A stretch of DNA of 64,000 bases, from contig JBDRZL010000003.1 of assembly GCA_039803925.1 (NCBI GenBank), positions 67,855 to 131,854 on the forward strand, in the 5' to 3' direction. The DNA is from a candidate division WOR-3 bacterium. GTDB lineage: Bacteria > Hydrothermota > Hydrothermia > Hydrothermales > JAJRUZ01. Position numbers and translations under genes: made by a program. The notes beneath the pieces were generated by a model. The model had not been told where the DNA came from. It worked only from the letters and a program-made list of their open reading frames with translations, and made no database searches. Shown one piece after another: positions 56,603 to 64,000 of this stretch. Numbering within the stretch: position 1 is the first letter of the stretch; the number at the start of each line of letters is the position of its first letter.

Positions 56603-57553
56603 TTAAAATTTATTTTCAATAACAGTAGGTCCTTTTATTTCCTCCCCATCTTTTATTATTGAATTCTTTATTGTAACAAAAGGACCAATCTTTGCTCTTT
56701 TTCCTATTTTGGTTTTTCCCATTAAATAAACCATCGGATAAATTACTGTGTCTTTACCAATTTCCACCTCAACTTCTATATAAGTTGTATCCATATCCAT
56801 TATTGTAACGCCCTTTTCCATCCATTCTTTAATTATCCTATTTTTAAAAACTTTAAATACTCTTTCGTAATCTTCCCTTGTATTTATTCCCAAAATTTCT
56901 TCATGATCCTTCAAAGTATAGGTATCCACTTTTTCCTTCTTAGATACAAGTATTTCAATGCAATCAGTTATATAATATTCGCCTTTTAAATTATCAGGTT
57001 TAATTTCAACTATGGCTTCCTTTAATGCATTTACTTTAAAAATATAAACTCCTGCATTAACTTCCTTTATCTCTCTTTCTTTTTCTGTAGCATCTATTTC
57101 CTCAACAATTTTAAAAGGCTTTCCATTTTTTCTCAAAATTCTCCCATATCCAGTTGGGTCAGGTAGGAAAGCAGTTAAAAAGGTGCATGTATTTTTTTCT
57201 TTATTGTGTTTTTCTATTAAATTTTTAAGAGTTTCTGCTTTTAAAAGAGGTGTATCACCTGATAAAACGAGTATATCACTTTCTTCATCTATGTAATCAA
57301 GAGCAACTCTTACAGCATCACCTGTTCCCATGGGGACTTTCTGTTCTATAACTTTAACCTCTTGTGGTAAATTTTTTTTAAGTTCATCATAATTTTTTCC
57401 TGATACCACATATATTGGATTTAAGTTAATTTCTTTTAATTTATCAATAATATGAAATATAACAGGTTTTCCAAGAATTTCATGTAAGACCTTTGATTTT
57501 TCTGAATTAAATCTTTTACTTTTTCCACCTGCTAAAATAACAGGATAAATCAT
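56603..57553 (-). CDS. GlmU-like sugar-1-phosphate nucleotidyltransferase with a short C-terminal hexapeptide-repeat segment.
   Basis: MIYPVILAGGKSKRF...KVLHEILGKPVI...LVLSGDTPLL nucleotidyltransferase blocks. 316 aa, shorter than a canonical GlmU. Confidence 0.6.
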   Translation of the reverse strand: MIYPVILAGGKSKRFNSEKSKVLHEILGKPVIFHIIDKLKEINLNPIYVVSGKNYDELKKNLPQEVKVIEQKVPMGTGDAVRVALDYIDEESDILVLSGDTPLLKAETLKNLIEKHNKEKNTCTFLTAFLPDPTGYGRILRKNGKPFKIVEEIDATEKEREIKEVNAGVYIFKVNALKEAIVEIKPDNLKGEYYITDCIEILVSKKEKVDTYTLKDHEEILGINTREDYERVFKVFKNRIIKEWMEKGVTIMDMDTTYIEVEVEIGKDTVIYPMVYLMGKTKIGKRAKIGPFVTIKNSIIKDGEEIKGPTVIENKF

Positions 57554-57900
57554 TTTACTTTTACAATCTCGTTTTTTTCATTAAAAAATAAAATTTTAGG
57601 TTTAAAATCTTTTATCTTTTCGGGCTCTAAATAAATAAAAGAAAAAACAAGAATTTTGTCACCTTTAATACCGAGCCTTGCAGTTCCGCCGTTTAAAATA
57701 ACTTCTCCTTTCTTCCCTTTTATCACATAGGTTTCAAACCTCTTACCATTTGATAGGTTGACAACATAAACTGCCTCGTATTCTTTTATTCCTGCTTCCT
57801 TTATAACTTCCTCAGGTAAGGTTATTGACCCTTCATAGTTTAAATTTGTGTCTGTAACAATTAAGCCATGTAGTTTTGCTCTCAAAATCTTAATATACAT
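57550..57900 (-). CDS. panD: Aspartate 1-decarboxylase.
   Basis: MYIKILRAKLHGLIVTDTNLNYEGSITLPEE...NGKRFETYVIKG is the PanD signature with the self-cleavage Gly-Ser. Confidence 0.85.
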   Translation of the reverse strand: MYIKILRAKLHGLIVTDTNLNYEGSITLPEEVIKEAGIKEYEAVYVVNLSNGKRFETYVIKGKKGEVILNGGTARLGIKGDKILVFSFIYLEPEKIKDFKPKILFFNEKNEIVKVK

Positions 57901-57901
57901 A

Positions 57902-58378
57902 TTACACTTCTCCCATATTCAGTTCTTCTTTAAGGCATTCTTTTAAATTGTCAAGCATTTCGCCAGGAATAATAAAATTAATGTAATTCATTGCCGTAGA
58001 TGTAGCAAGTATTTTTATTTTGTTTGTTATAAATATATTCAACAAAGCTGCCATAACCCCTTTTTCTTCCATTAAATTTTTACCGTAAAAAGAAACAAGA
58101 GCAACATCCTCAAAACTTCTTAAAAATCCCCATTCGAGACTTTCAAGAATTTCATTAAAAGTCTCCTTTGCTTCATCTTTTAAATAAGGAGGAACTAAAA
58201 CAGTTATCGTTGATTTTCCTCTTGAAGAAGGAGAGGTTAAAATATAGGGAAGTGATATCCCCTTATTACTTATTTTTTCAAAAACATCAAGAATTACACC
58301 TATTTTATCAGGAACATCAAGAAGTGTAAAGAGTGTAAGAGGGTGTTTTATAGTAAAAGAATCTATTTTCTTTTTCAT
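57902..58378 (-). CDS. Tandem ACT-domain protein (aspartokinase regulatory-domain-like).
   Basis: Two ACT-like segments (VPDKIGVILDVFEKISNKGISLPYI and EEKGVMAALLNIFITNKIKIL). Confidence 0.4.
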   Translation of the reverse strand: MKKKIDSFTIKHPLTLFTLLDVPDKIGVILDVFEKISNKGISLPYILTSPSSRGKSTITVLVPPYLKDEAKETFNEILESLEWGFLRSFEDVALVSFYGKNLMEEKGVMAALLNIFITNKIKILATSTAMNYINFIIPGEMLDNLKECLKEELNMGEV

Positions 58379-58382
58379 AATA

Positions 58383-59702
58383 TTAAAATAAAGATATACA
58401 TTCGTTTATTTCACTTTCAATCATTTTTTCTGTTGCACCTATTAGAAGGTAATTTTCCTTGAAACCAAAAATTTTTAAAGGTATTCCAGGCATTATTCCC
58501 TTTTCTGAGATAGCTTTTTTCACAAATTCTTCGGCATCCTCTTTTAATTCAACTACAAATTCTCTGAAAATTTCCCCTTCAAAAACTGTCTTATAACCTT
58601 TGTTTAATAGAGCATTTCTTATTTTTATTGTATTCTGGTGAGTTTTAACTGCAACTTCCCTTAAGCCTTTCTGCCCCATATAGAGAATGTATACAAGAAT
58701 AGCAAGGGCACATAACATCTGATTGGTGCATATATTACTTGTTGCTTTTTCCCTTCTTATATGTTGCTCTCTTGTTTGTAAAACCATCACATAACCTTCT
58801 TTTCCGTCAAGATCACAAGTTCTTCCAGCTATTCTTCCTGGCATCATTCTTATAAATTCTTTTTTAGTTGTAAATATTCCAGCATAGGGTCCTCCAAAAG
58901 AAAGGGGAAGACCAAGTGGTTGTCCCTCACACACAGCTATATCAGCATCATATTCACCAGGAGGCGAAATTATTGATATTGAAATAGGGTCAAATATAGA
59001 AATTAAAAGTATGTTTTTATTTTTTGTGATTCTTCTTATTTCAAAGGGATTTTCAAGAATACCAAAAAAATTTGGATGCTCAAAGGCAAAGCCTATTGTA
59101 TCTTCATCTATTTTACTTTCTAAATCTTCAAAATCAACAGTTCCTTTTTGAGAAGAATATTTAACATATTCAATTTTTAGAGTAAAGGATGCATAGGTTT
59201 CTAAAACTTTCTTATAAAAAGGGTTGATGTTATCTGCTACAAGAATTTTATTTTTTTTGTTAATTCTTTTAGCCATAAGCACTGCTTCTGCAAAGGCTGA
59301 AGCACCATCATACATTGAAGAATTTGCTACATCCATTTGAGTTAATTCACAAATTGCAGTTTGAAATTCATACATTGCTTCAAGCGTTCCCTGAGATACT
59401 TCTGCCTGATAAGGGGTATAAGCTGTAAAAAAGGAAGGGTTTTTAATTATAAATCTTACAACAGGTGGTACGTAATGATCGTATGCTCCAGCTCCCCCAA
59501 AGATTTTCAATACTTTATTTTTAAGAGCAAGATCTTTTACATATTTTTCAATTTCAGATTCTGATAAAGCATAAGGTAAAGGTATTTCTTCTTTTAGTTT
59601 TATTTCATCTGGAATAACCCAGAGAAGCTCTTCAAAACTTTTTATATTTAAAAAATTTAAAATTTTTTTATAAGCTTCTTCCTGATTGGGTATAAATGGC
59701 AT
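58383..59702 (-). CDS. gcvPA: Glycine dehydrogenase (decarboxylating) subunit 1.
   Basis: N-terminal MPFIPNQEE...LSESEIEKYVKDLA and the PLP-domain blocks of the GcvP N-terminal half. Confidence 0.85.
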   Translation of the reverse strand: MPFIPNQEEAYKKILNFLNIKSFEELLWVIPDEIKLKEEIPLPYALSESEIEKYVKDLALKNKVLKIFGGAGAYDHYVPPVVRFIIKNPSFFTAYTPYQAEVSQGTLEAMYEFQTAICELTQMDVANSSMYDGASAFAEAVLMAKRINKKNKILVADNINPFYKKVLETYASFTLKIEYVKYSSQKGTVDFEDLESKIDEDTIGFAFEHPNFFGILENPFEIRRITKNKNILLISIFDPISISIISPPGEYDADIAVCEGQPLGLPLSFGGPYAGIFTTKKEFIRMMPGRIAGRTCDLDGKEGYVMVLQTREQHIRREKATSNICTNQMLCALAILVYILYMGQKGLREVAVKTHQNTIKIRNALLNKGYKTVFEGEIFREFVVELKEDAEEFVKKAISEKGIMPGIPLKIFGFKENYLLIGATEKMIESEINECISLF

Positions 59703-59704
59703 TT

Positions 59705-60103
59705 TTAGCTTTCTCCTATATGCTTTTTGTATTCCTCAGCAGAAAGAAGATTTTTAATTTCTTCTGTATCCTTTATTCTAATTTTAAAAATCCATCCATG
59801 TCCATAAGGGTCAGAATTTATTATACCAGGTTCACTTTCAAGTTCTTCATTTACTTCAATCACCTCTCCTGAAAGGGGAGAAAAAATATCTGCAACTGTT
59901 TTCACAGCTTCAATAGTTCCACAGGGCTCAAATTGCGTTACTTCTTGCCCAACAGAGGGAGGCTCTACATAAACTATATCAGAAAGTTCACTCTGAGCAA
60001 AATCAGTGATTCCAACTGTTGCAGTTTCACCTTCTATTTTAACCCATTCGTGCTCCTTTGTATATTTTAAATCTTCTGGTATATGCATTTTTCCCTCCTT
60101 CAA
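59705..60103 (-). CDS. gcvH: Glycine cleavage system H protein.
   Basis: YTKEHEWVKIEG..ATVGITDFAQ..L.DIVYVE lipoyl-Lys region (EAVKTV). Confidence 0.85.
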   Translation of the reverse strand: MKEGKMHIPEDLKYTKEHEWVKIEGETATVGITDFAQSELSDIVYVEPPSVGQEVTQFEPCGTIEAVKTVADIFSPLSGEVIEVNEELESEPGIINSDPYGHGWIFKIRIKDTEEIKNLLSAEEYKKHIGES

Positions 60104-60205
60104 TTTTGATTTAAATTTAAGGGATTTAAACCCAATTTTAAATTTTATAATATAGGATTATAATTGAAAAAATCAAAAAAATTTGGCATAATAGAAAATT
60201 AAAAA

Positions 60206-61246
60206 ATGAAAGTTATACTTGCCATCTCAGGTGGAATAGATTCAAGTACTGCTTTATTTTTGCTTAAAAATATGGGAGCAGAAATTGAAGCAATAACTTT
60301 ATTTCTATGGGATAAAAATTCCCATAAAAGATCATGTTGTTCTATTGAAGCTGTTCAGAGAGCAAGGAGAATATGTTATAGGTTAAAAGTTAAGCATACT
60401 GTAATTGATTCAAGAAGGGATTTTGAAGAAATTATAGTAAATAAAAGTTTTGTTGAAGAATATAAAAAAGGACTTACACCTAACCCCTGTGTTTTCTGTA
60501 ATAGATTTTTTAAATTTGGGGCTTTATTAGAAGAAATGAAAAAAAGAAATTTTGATTACCTTGCTACAGGTCATTATGCAAGAATATATAAGGAAAATGG
60601 AAAATATTTCATAAGAAAAGCAAAAGATAAGGAGAAAGATCAGAGTTATTTTCTTTCAATGATTTTGCCTTTAGTTGTAAAACACCTAATTTTTCCTCTT
60701 GGTGATTTAACAAAAAAAGAAGTTTTAAATATTGCTGAAAGAGAAAATTTGCTTTTACCTTCCTATGAGGAATCCCAGGATTTATGTTTCATAGAAAAAA
60801 GCATTCAGGATTTTTTAAAGGAAAGACTGGGGGAAAAAAAAGGTTTTATTTTTTTTAAAGATAATGCAATAAAAGAGCACAGTGGTTTTTATAACTTTAC
60901 AATAGGTCAAAGAAAAGGTTTAAATTTAAGTCTTGGTGAGAGAGTTTATGTTAAAAGTATTGATCCTGAAAAAAATGTTGTTGAAGTTGATGTTAAGAAA
61001 AATGTTATGAAAAAAGAAATATTAGTTGTTAAATTGAACCTGTTTGATAAAATAAAAGGAGAAAAAAAATTGAAGGTTAAAATAAGAAATTTACACAGGG
61101 AAAGTGATGCAAGAGTAAAATTTTATGATGATTATGCAGAGGTTAATTTTGAAGAGGAACAATTTGCACCTACTCCAGGACAGATAGCAGCATTTTATGA
61201 TGATGATATACTTCTCGGGGGTGGGGTAATTTATGAAAAGAGATAA
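60206..61246 (+). CDS. mnmA: tRNA-specific 2-thiouridylase.
   Basis: PP-loop [13 protein letters not shown], plus the CCS..E and [10 protein letters not shown] blocks. Confidence 0.85.
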   Translation: MKVILAISGGIDSSTALFLLKNMGAEIEAITLFLWDKNSHKRSCCSIEAVQRARRICYRLKVKHTVIDSRRDFEEIIVNKSFVEEYKKGLTPNPCVFCNRFFKFGALLEEMKKRNFDYLATGHYARIYKENGKYFIRKAKDKEKDQSYFLSMILPLVVKHLIFPLGDLTKKEVLNIAERENLLLPSYEESQDLCFIEKSIQDFLKERLGEKKGFIFFKDNAIKEHSGFYNFTIGQRKGLNLSLGERVYVKSIDPEKNVVEVDVKKNVMKKEILVVKLNLFDKIKGEKKLKVKIRNLHRESDARVKFYDDYAEVNFEEEQFAPTPGQIAAFYDDDILLGGGVIYEKR

Positions 61247-62786
61247 GATTCTTATTATTGATTTTGGCTCACAATATACAATGTTAATTGCAAGAAGAAT
61301 AAGAGAGCTTAATGTTTATTCAGTTATTCTTTCACCTTTTGAAGAAAATTTAATAGAAAAAGTAAATGCTGATGATGTAAAGGGAATAATTCTATCAGGT
61401 GGTCCAAGTAGTGTTTATGATGAGTCTGCTCCTAAAATTCCTATTGAGATTTTTAATTCAGAAAAACCTATACTTGGAATCTGTTATGGTTTACAGCTTA
61501 TTGCCCATTTACTCGGTGGAAAGGTTTCAAAATCAAAAAAGAGAGAATATGGTTATGCTCTCTTTAAAGTTATAAGAAATTCAATACTTTTTGATGGGGT
61601 AGAAAGAAAATTTCAAGTGTGGATGAGTCACGGAGATTATGTGGAAAAGCTTCCAGAAGGTTTTGTATGTACAGGAAAAACAGAAGATTCGCCTTATGCA
61701 TCCATAGAGAATAAAAAATTAAAAATCTACGGAACTCAATTTCATCCAGAGGTTTATCATACGAAAAATGGGAAAAAGATAATTAAAAATTTTATTTTTA
61801 AAATAGCAGGTGCTAAAAGAGAATGGAAGATTGGTAGGTTTATTGAAGAAAAAATAAAAGAAATAAGAGAGAAGGTTAGAGATAAACCCTGTTTTCTTGC
61901 TCTATCGGGTGGTGTTGATTCTTCTGTTCTTGCTTTTCTTCTCAGAAAATCAATACCAGAAAATTTTTATCCAATTTTTGTGGATACAGGTTTATTAAAG
62001 GAAAAGGAAAAAGAAAGAGTTGAAAGAATTTTTAAAGATTTCAAAAATTTGAAAATTGTGGAGGCAAAGGATGATTTTTTAAATGCACTCAAAGGTGTTA
62101 AGGATCCTGAAGAAAAGAGAAAAATAATAGGTAAAGTTTTTTTTGAAGTATTTGAAAGAGAAGCAAGAAGTATTAGTAAGGAAAAAGGTGAAAAAATTGG
62201 TTTTTTAGCCCAAGGAACTCTTTATCCTGATTTGATTGAGTCAAAAAGCTATAAGGGACCCTCAAGTAAAATAAAAACCCATCATAATGTGGGTGGTGTT
62301 CCAGAAAAGCATCCCTTTATTTTAATTGAGCCCTTTAAAGAACTTTTTAAGGATGAGGTAAGAACTATAGGTAAAAAATTAAAAGTTCCTGATGAGATAA
62401 TTAAAAGACATCCTTTTCCCGGTCCTGGTATGGCAGTGAGAATAATTGGTGAAATTAATGAAGAGAAACTGGAAATTATAAAAAAAGCAGATTTAATTGT
62501 AGAGGAAGAAATAAAAAGAGCAAAGCTTTACGATAAATTGTGGCAGGTTTTTCCTGTTCTTTTACCTGTAAAATCAGTAGGAGTAATGGGTGATACAAGG
62601 ACTTATGAAAATGTTATTGCCATAAGGGCTGTTAAAAGTGTTGATGGAATGACTGCTGATTGGGCAAAACTCCCCTATTTTTTACTTGATAAAATAGCAA
62701 GGAGAATAATCGGAGAAATAAAAGGTGTCAATAGGGTGGTTTATGATATAACTTCAAAACCTCCTTCAACAATAGAATGGGAGTGA
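61233..62786 (+). CDS. guaA: GMP synthase (glutamine-hydrolysing).
   Basis: GATase block [10 protein letters not shown], the ATP-PPase PP-loop [11 protein letters not shown], and the C-terminal dimerisation domain. Confidence 0.9.
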   Translation: MKRDKILIIDFGSQYTMLIARRIRELNVYSVILSPFEENLIEKVNADDVKGIILSGGPSSVYDESAPKIPIEIFNSEKPILGICYGLQLIAHLLGGKVSKSKKREYGYALFKVIRNSILFDGVERKFQVWMSHGDYVEKLPEGFVCTGKTEDSPYASIENKKLKIYGTQFHPEVYHTKNGKKIIKNFIFKIAGAKREWKIGRFIEEKIKEIREKVRDKPCFLALSGGVDSSVLAFLLRKSIPENFYPIFVDTGLLKEKEKERVERIFKDFKNLKIVEAKDDFLNALKGVKDPEEKRKIIGKVFFEVFEREARSISKEKGEKIGFLAQGTLYPDLIESKSYKGPSSKIKTHHNVGGVPEKHPFILIEPFKELFKDEVRTIGKKLKVPDEIIKRHPFPGPGMAVRIIGEINEEKLEIIKKADLIVEEEIKRAKLYDKLWQVFPVLLPVKSVGVMGDTRTYENVIAIRAVKSVDGMTADWAKLPYFLLDKIARRIIGEIKGVNRVVYDITSKPPSTIEWE

Positions 62787-63961
62787 TTGAAGTAGCTTAT
62801 AAAATATTATCATTTTTAAGTTATCCTTTAGGCAAGAATAGAATTAAAGATTTCAGAGCAGATAAAGATTCAATATGGTTTCATGCTGCTTCTCTTGGTG
62901 AAGTTATTTCAATAAAGCCTTTAATAGATTATTTTAAAGGAAAAGGTATATCTTTTTTTTTAACCACAATGACAGAATCAGGAAAAAAATTAGCAGAAGA
63001 AGATTTTAAAGGTAATGTTTTTTTGTTTCCTTATGATAATCCCCTTTTTATAAAAGAAATTTTAAAAAAATCTAAGTTAATAGTTTTTGCTGAAAGTGAG
63101 TTCTGGCCGAATACAATTCTTGAAATAAGGAAAAATAAAAAAAGAATAATTCTTGTTAATGGTAGAATTTCTGAGAACTCTTTTAGAAAGTGGAAGGTTT
63201 TTAAAAATTTTTTTAAGAAAATTTTATTTTGTTTTGATAGATTTTTTGTAATAAGCAGTAAAGAAAAAAAATATTTAAAATATTTCGGAGCCGATAATAA
63301 AAAGATTTTTGTATCCGGAAATTTGAAACTTTTAAGTATAAAAAGAGAAGTCCTTCCTCTTTTTGATAAGCCCTTTGATTTTACCATCACTTTTGCAAGT
63401 GTAAGATCAGGTGAGTTTAAGGGTTTAGTAAATTTTATAGAAAAAGTTATAAAGATAAATGAAAAGATTGGTTTTATAATAGCTGTTAGACATTTAAGCA
63501 CCCTAATTTTACTTGAAAACATTTTAAGGGTTAAAAATATTGAATATGTGAAATTTACTGAAAATAGAGAAAAAATAAAAGAAAAAAAGAGGGTTTTAAT
63601 TCTTGATACTCTCGGAGACTTGATAAGAGTTTATCCTGTAAGTGATGCTGTTATTGTAGGTGGAACTTTTGCTCCCTATGGTGGTCACAATTTACTTGAA
63701 CCAGCACAGTTTGGTGTCCCTGTTTTTTTTGGACCATATACTTCTAATGTCAAAGGTATGGAGGAAATTTTGTTAAAGGAAAGGGGCGGAATAAAGTGTA
63801 AAACTTTTGATGAACTTTTTGAAATTTTTTTGAAATTCGTAAATGACAAAAAGGAAATAGAAAATTTAGGCAGGAATGCAAAAAGGGCTTTTGAAAGGGC
63901 AAGAAAGATTACTGAGAATGGTTTTAATGAGATAGTAAAGTATCTGGAAAGTAATTTATGA
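62777..63961 (+). CDS. waaA: 3-deoxy-D-manno-octulosonic acid (Kdo) transferase.
   Basis: The [11 protein letters not shown]-terminal block and the overall WaaA/KdtA architecture. Confidence 0.8.
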   Translation: MGVIEVAYKILSFLSYPLGKNRIKDFRADKDSIWFHAASLGEVISIKPLIDYFKGKGISFFLTTMTESGKKLAEEDFKGNVFLFPYDNPLFIKEILKKSKLIVFAESEFWPNTILEIRKNKKRIILVNGRISENSFRKWKVFKNFFKKILFCFDRFFVISSKEKKYLKYFGADNKKIFVSGNLKLLSIKREVLPLFDKPFDFTITFASVRSGEFKGLVNFIEKVIKINEKIGFIIAVRHLSTLILLENILRVKNIEYVKFTENREKIKEKKRVLILDTLGDLIRVYPVSDAVIVGGTFAPYGGHNLLEPAQFGVPVFFGPYTSNVKGMEEILLKERGGIKCKTFDELFEIFLKFVNDKKEIENLGRNAKRAFERARKITENGFNEIVKYLESNL

Positions 63962-64000
63962 GGAAGATAGTTATTGCGATAGATGGAACAGCTGGAAGTG
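63958..64000 (+). CDS. 5' end of a cytidylate-kinase-like gene (partial).
   Basis: [14 protein letters not shown] is a P-loop start typical of Cmk. Only 14 codons are in the window. Confidence 0.3.
   Translation, partial: MRKIVIAIDGTAGS

Noticed and set aside
1-64000. Searched for CRISPR arrays, tRNA or rRNA genes, and other short-period direct repeats.
   Set aside because: No regularly spaced 25-40-nt repeats, no cloverleaf-compatible GC-rich ~75-nt segments and no rRNA-like stretches were seen. The only exact long repeat is the 122-bp tandem duplication. Lys/Glu-rich runs are compositional, not repeats.

Overview
This is an AT-rich (about 30% GC by eye) bacterial chromosomal segment. Genes are tightly packed and often overlap by 1-40 nt. 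Proteins are Lys/Glu/Ile-rich, as expected for a low-GC and possibly thermophilic or anaerobic lineage.

Core genes recognised from motifs:
- plsY, lpxB, waaA (kdtA) and an O-antigen-ligase-like gene, indicating an LPS-containing Gram-negative envelope.
- hup (HU), der, ilvE, rpiB, hisC, nusB, cspA, ychF.
- The rpsF-ssb-rpsR-rplI ribosomal operon.
- A two-gene 2-oxoacid:ferredoxin oxidoreductase, an aldehyde dehydrogenase, htpX, yifB/comM, yraN, panD, gcvH, gcvPA, mnmA, guaA.

Accessory content:
- Two paralogous ~950-aa S8 subtilisin-like proteases and a 977-aa repeat/Ig-domain protein. All three end in a ~75-aa T9SS/Por-type C-terminal sorting domain.
- One of the two proteases is split by a near-perfect 122-bp tandem duplication.
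- Glycosyltransferase clusters.
- A ComEC/Rec2-like membrane protein co-transcribed with a 742-aa protein that has a degenerate P-loop and TPR repeats.
- A cytoplasmic His-kinase / receiver / PATAN (DUF4388) / DUF488 cluster.
- An ArsA/Get3-family ATPase with a small partner ORF, next to an IS-transposase remnant.
- A MITE-like 187-bp element.
- A gene fusing a pyridoxamine-5'-phosphate-oxidase-like domain to a UbiA/MenA prenyltransferase, next to a stand-alone PASTA protein.
- A possible lipid A-modification operon (GnnA-like oxidoreductase, LmtA-like ICMT-family methyltransferase, lpxB).

I found no rRNA, tRNA or CRISPR array. I could not recognise any canonical, named defence system. The most system-like uncharacterised candidates are reported as findings with explicit uncertainty.
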